Source: Fimbriiglobus sp. (lineage in GTDB: Bacteria; Planctomycetota; Planctomycetia; Gemmatales; Gemmataceae). Taken from it: 64,000 nucleotides of DNA. Below the pieces are notes generated by a model. It made no database searches. It was not told the origin of the DNA and saw only the letters and a program-made list of their open reading frames with translations. A program made the position numbers and the translations under genes. This document shows positions 18,315 through 28,900 of the stretch, piece by piece (the stretch's first letter is position 1; the number at the start of each line of letters is the position of its first letter). The stretch lies in assembly GCA_025459365.1 (NCBI GenBank), contig JALOQR010000001.1, positions 11 to 64,010 of the forward strand. The letters run 5' to 3'.

Positions 18315-19477
18315 TACTTATCCCCCTCCTTCTTCATCGGTTGTTCGGGCTTGGGGTTCGGCTCGCCCTGGCTGGCCTTCGGAGCACCGCCAATGGGCGT
18401 GGGTGTCCGCTCAACGCGGTTGGGCAGATCGCCGGGCTTGAGCGAACGGATGTAGGCGGTCAGGTTGTTGATGTCTTCCTCGGTGGCGAGGCCAGAGTGG
18501 TAGGCGGGCATGATCGCCTTCCAGCCACTCCGTACCTGAAGGGCGGGGTTACGGATCGCGTTGCGAATGTAATCGCGGTCCCCCAGCACCGTGCGGCCGT
18601 CGTTCAGTTCCCGCTTGCTCATCCACAGGTTTTCCAGGCTCGGCGCTTTCGGCGGGGTGGGGTCGTCGGCCGCCTGGGTGAAGTGACAGCCATTGCATTG
18701 CAGTTTGCGGAACAGGATCATCCCCTGCCAGGCTGGCGAGCCGTCGAGTGGGCCTTTGGGCATCTGACCACCAGCCCAGGTCCGCTGAGCCTGGGCGGTG
18801 CGGTACAGCCCGTCCTTGTATTGTTGGAAATCTTCCGGCGAGAGCACGTTCACCTTGCCGACCATCTGCGAGTGGCCCATGCCACAGTACTGATCGCAGA
18901 ACAGGTGGTACTGCCCGACGAGGGTCGGCTTGTACCAGGCCGCCGTGTACCGGCCGGGAACCACGTCGAACTTGCTCCGGAAGGCCGGCACACCGAAGTC
19001 GTGGATCACGTCTTCGCTGGTGCCGGTCACTTTCACCGCGACCCCCTGGCACAGGGTGATCTCGTTGATGTGCCGCCGGCCATCCGGGTCCTGGACTTTC
19101 CACATCCACTGTTTGCCGACCACCATGTATTCCTGTTCGGCCGCTTCTTTCGGGATGCTGATCGCCTTATCCCACACGCGGGCGCCGTACACGAAGAACG
19201 ACAGGAAGAACAGCAGCGGGCTGAGGGTCCAGATGACCTCGAGCTTGTTCGACCCGAGGATGCGGAGCGGCTTGGTGTGCGTGTCCGACTTGGCGAACCG
19301 GAAGCAACAGTAGGTGAGCAGAGCATACACCGCCAAGCCGCCGATCGACGTAACGACCACCATGTACCAGAACAGGCTGTCGTAGGAGAGCACCATGCTC
19401 TCGATCGATGCATCCGAGAACGCGAACTCGGACGCCTGCGGGGGCAGGAACGGCGGCGTGTCCATCACTGCGTACAT
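18314..19477 (-). CDS. ctaC: Cytochrome c oxidase subunit II with fused C-terminal cytochrome c domain (caa3 type)
   Basis: CuA site HLFCDQYCGMGHSQM, C-terminal CNGCH haem c motif, two N-terminal TM helices. Confidence 0.9.
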   Translation of the reverse strand: MYAVMDTPPFLPPQASEFAFSDASIESMVLSYDSLFWYMVVVTSIGGLAVYALLTYCCFRFAKSDTHTKPLRILGSNKLEVIWTLSPLLFFLSFFVYGARVWDKAISIPKEAAEQEYMVVGKQWMWKVQDPDGRRHINEITLCQGVAVKVTGTSEDVIHDFGVPAFRSKFDVVPGRYTAAWYKPTLVGQYHLFCDQYCGMGHSQMVGKVNVLSPEDFQQYKDGLYRTAQAQRTWAGGQMPKGPLDGSPAWQGMILFRKLQCNGCHFTQAADDPTPPKAPSLENLWMSKRELNDGRTVLGDRDYIRNAIRNPALQVRSGWKAIMPAYHSGLATEEDINNLTAYIRSLKPGDLPNRVERTPTPIGGAPKASQGEPNPKPEQPMKKEGDK

Positions 19478-19513
19478 GTCAACAACCCCGTGGGGATAGC
19501 TCTCGTGTCTGGT

Positions 19514-20488
19514 TTACTCGCCCGCCGCTGGCCCGCGGCCAGTGATCCGCTCGGCCCTTGCTCGCATCCACGCCCGCCCAACCAGGGCCAGGGCAAACGC
19601 CACCACCGGCACACTCGACCATGCCATCACCCGCATGGCGGTGCGATACCAACCTTCGGGTTGGTCGTCTCCGAGAAAGCAGTCGAGGCTCTTCCGCCCA
19701 TCGGAGCTACCTTTCTCACCGCGCCCGGCCGTGCGGATCTGCTCGGCGAGTTGTCGTTCGTTGATCACCAGGAGTCCGGTGTCGTAACTGCTAACTCGCC
19801 CGGTGGGGGTGAGTACGAGCATGGCACCGGGGTGTTGGATCTCCTGGGCGACCTTATCTGGGGCGACCTCGGTTTGTTTCTTCACGTTCAGCCGCACGAA
19901 CTTGAACCCGATGGCGTCGGTCACCTCGGTGATGGTCTCGTGGGCTTTGCCGGCCGTTTTTCCCTGGTTGGTGGGGTTGGCGCTGAGGAACCACACTCCG
20001 GGGACGTCTCGCCCGCGGCCGTCGTAGTCGCGGTGGAATTCGGTGCGTCGCACGTCGGCGACTTGCGGGTGTTCGAAGCTGTCAATGCTCATGAACACGA
20101 TGTTGAAGTCCTGTCCGGCCACGAGCGGGGGTTTCATTTCCCGCATGGCCCGCATGCCGTCGAGCAGGCTCACGACAGTTTGGCTGCACAGTTTCGGGCA
20201 GCGGAAGTAGATCGGCACGAAGATCGTCGGTTTCCCACCAACGACTTCCCGCAGGCTGACGGAATGCCCGGCGTGGTCGTAAAACGTCCCGTCGAGGGGA
20301 ATGGCCTCGCCGAGCAGTTTTTCCCGCACCTCCTGAGGAATATCGAGCTTCTCCAGAGTATCTGGCGAGGGCGGCGGTGGGCGGGTGGCCATGCCATACG
20401 AACCGACGTTCTGCCCGAGCGCGATCCCGGTGGCGCAGCACACCACCAGGGCCGCGAGCAGCCGGGCAAGGGTGTGATGCGGTAGCAT
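19514..20488 (-). CDS. SCO1/SenC-family copper chaperone (second copy)
   Basis: Signal/anchor sequence and CxxxC motif (YFRCPKLCSQ). Directly upstream of ctaC. Confidence 0.8.
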   Translation of the reverse strand: MLPHHTLARLLAALVVCCATGIALGQNVGSYGMATRPPPPSPDTLEKLDIPQEVREKLLGEAIPLDGTFYDHAGHSVSLREVVGGKPTIFVPIYFRCPKLCSQTVVSLLDGMRAMREMKPPLVAGQDFNIVFMSIDSFEHPQVADVRRTEFHRDYDGRGRDVPGVWFLSANPTNQGKTAGKAHETITEVTDAIGFKFVRLNVKKQTEVAPDKVAQEIQHPGAMLVLTPTGRVSSYDTGLLVINERQLAEQIRTAGRGEKGSSDGRKSLDCFLGDDQPEGWYRTAMRVMAWSSVPVVAFALALVGRAWMRARAERITGRGPAAGE

Positions 20489-20559
20489 GGGGATCTCCGG
20501 GTTTGGCGAGCCGGGGCTGTGTCAATCAGGTTGGTGCAGCCGACCGGTCCCTCGTCGGT

Positions 20560-21429
20560 TTAGTGCTTGTGCTCGTCTTTTTTCTCAACCGCGGCTGGGG
20601 CAGGGCCGGTCACGCCTCCGGCGGAGAATTTCGGCTTGCCCAGGGTGCCGGGTAGTGCTTTGGCGGGTTCCTTGGCCACCTTCAGCGTGTCTTTCCACTT
20701 GGAGTCGTGGGTGACGAGGTGGATCATCTCCTCGATGGGAACGATCGCCAGTTTGCCTTCCTGCCCCTTGACCCAACTCGCTTCTTCGAGGAGTTTGCCG
20801 CCGAGCCAGGGATCGCGGAAGTTCGCGGGCCGCAGGTCTTCGGGATAGATCTCGGGAGAGTTGTTCTTTCCCGTGGGAGCAAACGAGCGGAGGAAGGGCG
20901 GATCCTTGACGGTATTCCCGTAGGCGTCTTTCCGCTCAAGGTTCAGTTGGCGGCTGTATTCCAGTTGCGGCTGAGGGACTGGCGGCAAGGTCTGCTCGCC
21001 GGGGGTGGATTTCTCCACTGGCTCGGCCGTCCAGTTGCGGATACGGGTGGTGCGGTCGTTCCACTCCTTCACGCGAGTCAGGTTCTCTTTGCGTACTCGC
21101 TCGATCTCGGCCGGGTCGGTCGAGTCGGTGGTCAACTCAGCGAGTTGCTGCGATTCGCGTCCGTTGACGAACAGGAACGCGCCCTGCACCAGCAGGTAGG
21201 TGACCACCAGCATAATTGCAACGACGACCGGGACGTAGATGATAGTCCGGGCGTCGAACTGGTCCGGTTCGTGGCCGACCGAGACCGATTTCTGATCGGC
21301 ACCCGGGACCTCCTCATGGTGCCCGGCTGATGCCCCGCTCATGGCCATCCACAATTGGGCCATGGGGTCGTTGCCGTGCCCGTGCCCGTGACTGTGGTCG
21401 CCGGTCGGAGAATTCGGAGTATCGGCCAT
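20560..21429 (-). CDS. Membrane-anchored protein of the ACIII/oxidase cluster (289 aa), His-rich N-terminus
   Basis: GDHSHGHGHG...AGHHEE then a single TM helix (IIYVPVVVAIMLVVTYLLVQGAFLF). It sits between actF and the SCO gene. I cannot assign it to ActG or ActH. Confidence 0.6.
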   Translation of the reverse strand: MADTPNSPTGDHSHGHGHGNDPMAQLWMAMSGASAGHHEEVPGADQKSVSVGHEPDQFDARTIIYVPVVVAIMLVVTYLLVQGAFLFVNGRESQQLAELTTDSTDPAEIERVRKENLTRVKEWNDRTTRIRNWTAEPVEKSTPGEQTLPPVPQPQLEYSRQLNLERKDAYGNTVKDPPFLRSFAPTGKNNSPEIYPEDLRPANFRDPWLGGKLLEEASWVKGQEGKLAIVPIEEMIHLVTHDSKWKDTLKVAKEPAKALPGTLGKPKFSAGGVTGPAPAAVEKKDEHKH

Positions 21430-21547
21430 GGTCGGTGTCCTCGATCCTGTCCCCCTCGCCCCTTGCGGGTGAGGGGTGAGGGGTGAGGGGGCGGGGGAAC
21501 AACCCCACGCCCCTGGCCCTCTCCCGCCGGGGAGAGGGGTACAAATC

Positions 21548-23044
21548 TCAGTGATGCCCCCACGAAGCGAGGAACTGACCCTCGCTGTTGGTCGGGAGGA
21601 TAGACCGTTTCTTCAACTGGCCAGCGAACACGAACGCCCAGATACCGCCGACCATGAGGATCGCCCCGAAGGCCATCGGCAAGTGGAGCCAAGTGCTCGG
21701 GTGCGGTACGCTCGGCATGATCCACCAGCAGACGTCGCACGCGCACACGGCCAGCAGCAGCAGGGCCATGAGCCGCATGCCTTTCGGGCTGGTCTTCACT
21801 TCGCGGAAGAGCAGCACGATGAACGGCAGCAGCCAGTGGAAGGCCATGAGGATGTAGGTCAGGTACACCCAGCCGGTGGAGTAGCCGACGTTGCCGCCAG
21901 GATTTTCAGCGCCACTACCGGTCAGCAGGGAGTCAGCGTTGTTCGCCCCCCGCTTGAGGTAGTAGGGGATCTCTTCCGGGAGGTTACCGGCCCAGATGAG
22001 CATGAACTGGCAGAAGCTGGCGTACGCCCACACCATACAGAAGCCGAGGGTGAGGCTGCCGATGTCGATGCGGAACTTGTCCTTGACCACGGCCGTCAGG
22101 TCGGGGCGGTTCGGCGAGTCGGGGCGGGTGTCGTTCGGCACCTTCGTGAGGGTGTAGAACAGCAGGGTGCTGAACGCGAAGGTGGTGAGGAACATGTTCA
22201 TCCCGAACACCACCGGGAACATGCTCGACGCCCACGTCGGTTCCACGCTCATCACCCAGTCGGTCACGAAGAACGTCAGGGTGATGACCACCACCGGAAT
22301 GCCCGGCCCGCTGATCACGTGTAGTTTGTAGCGTTCTGCCTCGGTGTCCGACACGTCCTCGGCCTTGCGGGCCTGACGCTGGAGCAGGAACGCCACCACC
22401 CCGATGATCGCGAAGTAGGCCACGTAGCGGATGGCGAATCCGTTTCGGTTCAGCCAGTCGTGGACCTTGTGCAACGACTCCTCAGCCGCGGCGGGCGGAA
22501 TGTGCTCGGCCGCGGCGACGGTGGCAATGTGTTCGATGTCTTTCGCGTCGTGGCCCAGGCCCTGCTTGATGTACTTCTGAACGTCCTTCTTCTGTTCGTC
22601 GTCGAGCGGGATTTGGTCAGTCGGGGCGTGCCAGACCGAGCGTGCCCACCAGAAGGGCGACTGTTCACCGCCCATGACGAACACACTGACGACCACCGGC
22701 ACGCCGAGAACGGCGAGCAGTGGCAGCGTGCGGATGCTCGCCTGGAAGATGCGGCGGAAGACAATCCCCCAGCTCGCCTGGGCGAGGTAGCCAATCATGC
22801 TCAGGAGCAGCGAGCCGAAGGGGAGGCTGCACCAGAACACGAACCCGCACAGGTAGGCGAGGAAGAAATCTCGCATGCCGTGTTTGGGGTCGGTGCCGAG
22901 GCCAACGAACCCGCCGATGAAGAAGACGGCGGCTCCGACAGCGAGGGCGGCGAGGCTGAGCACCCGCACCTTCGACACGTCCACCCTGGCGTCGGGGACG
23001 GTGACTTCGTGGTGGTGGTCGTGGTGGGTGGCGGTGGCGGCCAT
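21548..23044 (-). CDS. actF: Alternative complex III subunit ActF (NrfD-like membrane subunit)
   Basis: Polytopic 498-aa protein, paralogous in pattern to ActC. Start trimmed to the ATG at 23044 (MAATATHHDHHHEV), which overlaps the actE stop (TAATG). Confidence 0.8.
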   Translation of the reverse strand: MAATATHHDHHHEVTVPDARVDVSKVRVLSLAALAVGAAVFFIGGFVGLGTDPKHGMRDFFLAYLCGFVFWCSLPFGSLLLSMIGYLAQASWGIVFRRIFQASIRTLPLLAVLGVPVVVSVFVMGGEQSPFWWARSVWHAPTDQIPLDDEQKKDVQKYIKQGLGHDAKDIEHIATVAAAEHIPPAAAEESLHKVHDWLNRNGFAIRYVAYFAIIGVVAFLLQRQARKAEDVSDTEAERYKLHVISGPGIPVVVITLTFFVTDWVMSVEPTWASSMFPVVFGMNMFLTTFAFSTLLFYTLTKVPNDTRPDSPNRPDLTAVVKDKFRIDIGSLTLGFCMVWAYASFCQFMLIWAGNLPEEIPYYLKRGANNADSLLTGSGAENPGGNVGYSTGWVYLTYILMAFHWLLPFIVLLFREVKTSPKGMRLMALLLLAVCACDVCWWIMPSVPHPSTWLHLPMAFGAILMVGGIWAFVFAGQLKKRSILPTNSEGQFLASWGHH

Positions 23045-23982
23045 TAGTGCTTCCCCTCCCCGTTGGCGGCGGCCTTCTTTTCGCCCTTCGGGGCGTTCAG
23101 GTCGTCGATCAACTTCTTGTCGAGCTTGGCGGCATCGGCCGCCTGGCTGTGCTGGAGTACCCGCACGAAAGCGGCCACACGCCAGCGGTCGGCGGCGTCG
23201 GGTAGTTGCGTCTCGTGCGAGCCCATGCCGCCATAACCCCAGTAGATCACCTGGTAGATGTACCCAACGGGCACGTCCTTGAGCGGTACTTCGAGGCCGT
23301 ACTTGTAGAACCCGCGGCTGGTGCCGGCAGCGTTGCCGGTGAAGTCTTTGACGGGTTGCCCGTCTTTGTTCACCACTTGCCGCGACCAGTCCTTTTCCTT
23401 CCCAGCTGGATCGGTGTGGTACGACGGCGGACGGAGGAAGCCGCGCTCGGGGATCTTGCCGTTGCCCCAACCGGCCCCGCCGTGGCACTCGGCACAGACG
23501 GCGGTGTAGAGCACCTGGCCGCGCCGGAGGTCGGATTCCGTCATGGCGAACGGAACGGTATCGACGAAGTTGGCCGGATCGTTCGGCGAGCCGGGCTGAA
23601 GGGCTTGCGCGAGCAGTTCCTTGGCCGCCTCGGCCGAGAGGCTAGGCGGGAGCGGTTTACCATCGGCGCCGACGAGCGGCTTGCCGTCGGCACCCACCGG
23701 CGACTTCTGCTGTTCGCCCACCCACGCGGCAAAGTTGGCCGTGTGCTTGGGGGCATACCCCGCCGGGGTGAGCCAGGTATTGAGCGGGTCGTCGGACAGA
23801 GCCTGCCCGCGGTGGATGACCCCACTCTCCAGCGGCCGGGCCGACTGGCGGTTGGGGAACATATTCGACTCTTCGTAGGGCCGTGGAGCCGGCTGGGTGG
23901 CCATCTTCTGTTGGCACCCGGCGAGTCCGGCGACGACGGCAGCGAGGCCGGCAGTCTTGGCAAGCCACTTGATCGCAATCAT
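23044..23982 (-). CDS. actE: Alternative complex III subunit ActE (monohaem lipoprotein cytochrome c)
   Basis: Lipobox LAGC, single CAECH motif. ATGA overlap with the actD stop. Confidence 0.8.
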   Translation of the reverse strand: MIAIKWLAKTAGLAAVVAGLAGCQQKMATQPAPRPYEESNMFPNRQSARPLESGVIHRGQALSDDPLNTWLTPAGYAPKHTANFAAWVGEQQKSPVGADGKPLVGADGKPLPPSLSAEAAKELLAQALQPGSPNDPANFVDTVPFAMTESDLRRGQVLYTAVCAECHGGAGWGNGKIPERGFLRPPSYHTDPAGKEKDWSRQVVNKDGQPVKDFTGNAAGTSRGFYKYGLEVPLKDVPVGYIYQVIYWGYGGMGSHETQLPDAADRWRVAAFVRVLQHSQAADAAKLDKKLIDDLNAPKGEKKAAANGEGKH

Positions 23983-24533
23983 TCCGGCACCTCCGCCACA
24001 TCGTCCGGCTTGAGGGTGGTGAGGAACGCTTTCACCGCGGCCGGGTCGAACTTGGGATCGACGGCCTCGATGCACAAGAAGAAGCGATCCTTGCTGGCCC
24101 GACGGAAGCGATCCACGTTGAACACCGGGTGATACGGCTGGGGCAGGCCGCACAGGGCGAGCAGGCCGAACACCCCGCTCATGCAGGCGGTGAGCACCAG
24201 CAACGCCCAGGTGATCGGGATGAACTGCGGCCAACTCCAGAACGGCTTACCACCGATGTTCAGTGGGTAGTCGATCACGGTGATCCAGGTCTGCATCGTG
24301 AAGCCGAGAACAGCTCCGCAGACCCCACCGATGAACATCACGGCACCGATCTCGCTTCGCGGGAAGCCGAGGTGGTCGGCCACTTCGCCGAGGGGGTACG
24401 GGCTGTACCCGTCCAGGCGAGTGTACCCGGCGTCGACCGCCGCCTTGGTGGCGGCGATGAGTTCGTCGGCCGTCTTGAACTCGGCCATGACCCCGTACAA
24501 CGGCGGGGTGGCCGGCGTGTGGGCGTCGCTCAC
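23979..24533 (-). CDS. actD: Alternative complex III subunit ActD (DUF3341-like)
   Basis: YGVMAEFKTADELIAATKAAVDAGYTRLDGYSPYP followed by two TM helices. A GTG at 24533 overlaps the actC stop (GTGA); an alternative ATG lies at 24488. Confidence 0.75.
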   Translation of the reverse strand: MSDAHTPATPPLYGVMAEFKTADELIAATKAAVDAGYTRLDGYSPYPLGEVADHLGFPRSEIGAVMFIGGVCGAVLGFTMQTWITVIDYPLNIGGKPFWSWPQFIPITWALLVLTACMSGVFGLLALCGLPQPYHPVFNVDRFRRASKDRFFLCIEAVDPKFDPAAVKAFLTTLKPDDVAEVPE

Positions 24534-25969
24534 TTGGCGTTCTCCATGCACGAGTGGCCATCCCGCCCGCCCTGCTTGAACGGCAGGAATTCCCGCATCT
24601 CGGTGATCGAGATCATGGGCAGGAAGCGGACGAACAGACAGAACAGGGTGATGAACAGCCCGACGGATCCGATCATGAGCGAGTAGTCCCAGATCGTCGG
24701 GGCATACCGTCCCCAGGCTCCGGGGATCTGGTCGCGGGTAAGGGTGATGACAATCACGTAACGCTCGAACCACATCCCAATGTGGACCGACCCGCTGATG
24801 AGGAACACCATCCACTCGTTCATCCGCACCTTCCGCGACCAGAACAGTTGCGGGATGACGGAGTTGGTCAGGATGAGCGCCCAGTAGCTCCAGGCGTAGG
24901 GTCCGGCCCACATGCGCTGCCAGGTGGTGTGCCACTCGTAGGCGGAGTGGCTGTACCACGCCATCCACACTTCCAGGGCGTAGCCCCAGGTGACCAGCAG
25001 GCCCGTGACGAGCATCACCCGGGCACACAATTCCAGGTGCCGCAGGGTGATGACGTCCTTCATCCCGTACAGGTGACGCAGTGGGATCGCGAGCCACACC
25101 ACCATGGCGAACCCGCTATACACCGCCCCGGCCACGAAGAACGGCGGGAAGATGGTGGCGTGCCACAGAGGCACGATCGACACCGCGAAGTCGAACGACA
25201 CGATCGTGTGCACGCTGAACACGAGCGGAGTGCTCAGGCCGGCAAGCAACAGGTAGAGCTTCTCGTACCGCCGCCAGTGGAAGGCACTCCCGCGCCAGCC
25301 GAGGGAGAAGAAGCCGTACACCCAGCGTTGAAGTTTGTTCCTCGCCGAGTCTCGCAGAACGGCGAGGTCGGGGATGAGGCCGACGTACCAGAACAGCAGG
25401 CTCACGGTCAGGTAGGTACTCACCGCGAACACGTCCCACATCAGCGGGGAGCGTGGTTGTGGCCACATCGCCATGACGTTCGGGAACGGGAACAGCCAGT
25501 ACGCCAGCCAGACCCGGCCCATGTGAATGAGCGGGAAAATCCCGGCGCAGGCCACCGCAAAGAGTGTCATCGCCTCGGCGAACCGGTTGATACTGGTCCG
25601 CCACTTCTGGTGCATGAGAAGAAGGATGGCCGAGATGAGCGTCCCGGCGTGCCCGATGCCGATCCACCACACGAAGTTGACGATCGCCAACCCCCAGGCG
25701 ACGGGTTGGTTGATCCCCCACACCCCGACGCCCATGTAGAACAGCCACACCAACCCGATCGCCAGCCCCTGGAGGAGGCCGAAGCCGACCAGGAAGAAGA
25801 ACCACCACACTTTCGGCTGTGGTTTGGCCACCACCACATCGGCGATCTTGTCGCCGAGGGTGACGATATCGTGGTTAGCGTCGAGGAGTTCTTCCGGGTG
25901 CTTGTAGCTGCCGTCGATCGGCGGCTGCGGGCGGACCGGGTCTTCGACGAACGCGGTGCTCGTACTCAT
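24530..25969 (-). CDS. actC: Alternative complex III subunit ActC (NrfD/PsrC-like quinol-interacting membrane subunit)
   Basis: 479-aa polytopic protein with an NrfD-family pattern, immediately downstream of actB. Confidence 0.9.
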   Translation of the reverse strand: MSTSTAFVEDPVRPQPPIDGSYKHPEELLDANHDIVTLGDKIADVVVAKPQPKVWWFFFLVGFGLLQGLAIGLVWLFYMGVGVWGINQPVAWGLAIVNFVWWIGIGHAGTLISAILLLMHQKWRTSINRFAEAMTLFAVACAGIFPLIHMGRVWLAYWLFPFPNVMAMWPQPRSPLMWDVFAVSTYLTVSLLFWYVGLIPDLAVLRDSARNKLQRWVYGFFSLGWRGSAFHWRRYEKLYLLLAGLSTPLVFSVHTIVSFDFAVSIVPLWHATIFPPFFVAGAVYSGFAMVVWLAIPLRHLYGMKDVITLRHLELCARVMLVTGLLVTWGYALEVWMAWYSHSAYEWHTTWQRMWAGPYAWSYWALILTNSVIPQLFWSRKVRMNEWMVFLISGSVHIGMWFERYVIVITLTRDQIPGAWGRYAPTIWDYSLMIGSVGLFITLFCLFVRFLPMISITEMREFLPFKQGGRDGHSCMENAK

Positions 25970-25975
25970 TTCGGG

Positions 25976-28900
25976 TTACGCCCCCTTCCCGTCGTGGATC
26001 ACGGCTTCCAAATCCGGGTTCGGATTGCGGATGGCGGCGAGGTAGCTCGTCCGCGGCATAGTGTTTTGCTCGACCAACAGGCCGTAGGTGTGCGGTTCGG
26101 CCTTCCACTTCATGATCTCGGCCGCCGGGTCGTTCATGTCGCCGAACTTGATTGCCCCGGTCGGGCACGCCTGTTGGCAGGCCGTCACCACCTCGCCGTC
26201 GAGGATCTTCGGGCGGCCGTTCGTGTCCTTCGGCCGGGCCGGGTTGTTCCACTCCCGCTCGGCTTCGATCTCGGCGATACGAATCCGCTGGGTGCAGTAA
26301 GTACACTTTTCCATCACCCCACGGGTCCGGACGGTCACCTCGGGGTTGTTCAGCAGCTTGAGGCTGTCGGTGCTGTAGTCGGCGTACTGCAGGAAGTTGA
26401 ACCGCCGCACTTTGTACGGGCAGTTGTTCGAGCAGTACCGGGTGCCAACGCACCGGTTGTACACCATGTCGTTCAACCCGTCGGCGCTGTGGACGGTAGC
26501 CGCCACCGGGCAGACCACCTCGCACGGCGCCTTCTCGCAGTGCATGCAAGGCACTGGCTGGGTGTGGATCTTGATGTCCTCGGCACGCCGGATCTGTTTC
26601 TTGCGTTCCTCCTCCGGCACCTCGAACGCCCCGTACTCGTCGGACATCAACTTGCCCGGCGTCGGGATGGTGTAGTAGCGGTCGATGCGGATCCAGTGCA
26701 TGGCCCGCCCGCGGTGAACCTGTTCCTTGCCCACCACCGGAATGTTGTTCTCGGCCTGGCAGGCCAGGGTGCAGGCCCCGCACCCGATGCACTGGCCGAG
26801 GTCGATCGACATCGCCCATCGGCGGTAGGTCTTGTTCGCATCTTCGGCCTTCGCCCCAGGCAAGTGCGGTGTGACCTTGATCGGGTTCGGGTCGTAGAGG
26901 CTCAGCGGGATCACGCGTTTGTCGTGAACGTGCTCGTGCTCGTGATCGCCGTGTCCGTGGTCGTGGGCGTGTGGGTGTTTCAGCCCGAGCCGGGTCAGGT
27001 TCTCCGGGGTGCCGGGGAGGTTCGCCAGCAGGGCGTGCGTCTCGGCGGCGGCCACCGGGGGCACCTTGGCGAACTGGTCGTCGTTGACGAACTGATCCTT
27101 GCTCGCGTACCGGTACGGCCGGCGAGACTCCATCGCGGCGTGGGCACCAGCGATGGCCAGGAAGTGCCGCCCGTTCGTCCTCACCACGTCCACCTTGGCC
27201 GTGGTCAACCCGTCGGTGCCGCGGAGTTCGTAGGCATTGAACCCGACCCGATCGTTCTCCGGGGAAGCGACACGCCCACTGCGTGTGCGACCGTAACCGA
27301 GGTGCAGGGTCACGACATCGTCGGCGTGGGCCGGCAGCACGTGAACTGCCGCTTTCAGTTTGCGACCATTCACCGTCAACTCGACGATATCGGTCTCGGT
27401 CGCACCTCGTTCGCCGGAGCGGTAGGTGTTGAACGTGAAGCCGTGCTGCACTTTCAGCTTGTCGGCGGTTCGGGGCGACACCATCGCGGCGTTGTCCCAG
27501 CACAGGTTCGTGATCGGCTTGGGCAGTTCTTGCAGCCAGCCGTTGTTTGCCTGCTGGCCGTCGAACACAGCCGGATCGGGGCGGAACTGGATTTCCAGAT
27601 CCTTGATCGGCTTGACGCTGAACGCCGCGTCGTCGAGCAATTTGGCGTCGAACTTGACGTCGGCGACCACCGGCTTGAACGCGGTGCCGTCGAAGACGCC
27701 CTTCTTCAGCCCGGTTTCCCAGGTCTTCTCATCGAGCTTTTCATGGGTCTTGCGGACCTGGCCGAGGCTGTCGGCCGGGGTCTCTTCGAGAACCGCCGCG
27801 AGGAGTTCGATGAGCGTCTTGCCGCCGTACAGTGGCGCGATGAGCGGCTGGATGACCGACACGCTGCCGTCGTGCCCGCGGACGTCGCCCCAGCTCTCCA
27901 GATAGTGCGCCGCGTTCAGGTGCCAGTTACACTTGGCGGCCGTCTCGTCGTGATACAACCCGTGATGAAGTAGCACGGGTGAGGCGGTCTTGCGAACGGC
28001 CTCCAGTGCCTCGCCGAACTTCAGGTCGGCCGGAGCATCGTAAAGCGGGTTCACGCCGGACATCAGCAGGCAATCGACTTTGCCGGCCTTCATGTCGTCG
28101 GTCAACTGCTTGAAGGCGGCGAGATGATCGTCGGCCGGCCAACCTGCGAGGGTGTTGCGGGTGCCTGGTGCGGTTGGGTCTTTCACCGCTTCGAGTGGAT
28201 CGGTGAACTTCACCGTCTTGCCGATGGCGTCGATCGCCTTGTTGATGGCGAGAGCGAGCAGTTGGGTGGCGGGCGAGGTCTGCTCGCCGGCGATTACCAC
28301 CGCCTTGCCCTTGTTTTTGAGCAGGTCGGCGGCGAGCGGCTTGAGCCACTTCTTGGCCAGGTCGGGCAGGTCGCCGGGGGCGGTCACGCCCTCCACCTTC
28401 AACTCGGCGGCGAGGGCACGGGCGAAGCTTTCCAGTTCGCTCGGCTTGAGGGGTAGGCGGTGATCGGCGGCCACGCCCGCAGCACTCGGCATCGCCTCGA
28501 CCACGTACACCCGGTTGAGATTGCCGACGGCCGCGTTCAGAACCTCCTCTTCCTTCGGGTGCTTGCCGCTCTTGTGTTCGAGATCGTGGTGGGTACCGAC
28601 CGTGCTGACCGTACGACGTCCGCCGAATTCGAGGGCGTTTCGCACCGCCCCTGCTCCCTGCGTGAGGAAGTCGGCGTCGAGCGAGAGCACCACATCGGCC
28701 GCTTTCAGGTCGTACACCGGGTTGAGCGGTTTGCCGAACGCGGCCTTCGTCGCTTTCCGAAGGTTGTCGCGGGATACCGGCTCGTACTGCACCCACACCG
28801 CTTTCGGGTAGCGGGCCAGGAACCGCTCCATCAGGGCCTGAACGGTGGGCGAGGTGGTGGGAGCGGTGAGGAACCGCACGCCTTCGCCGCGATCAGCCGT

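Noticed and set aside
16422-20485. 623-aa and 755-aa plus-strand ORFs (16422-18293, 18218-20485).
   Set aside because: They lie antisense to cytochrome oxidase subunits I and II and the SCO gene. Their low-complexity Arg/Gly/His composition marks them as shadow ORFs.
24554-27973. 1139-aa plus-strand ORF.
   Set aside because: It lies antisense to actC and actB, which have unambiguous family motifs. Its translation is Arg/Pro/Gly/His-rich with no motifs, which is typical of a shadow ORF in high-GC DNA.
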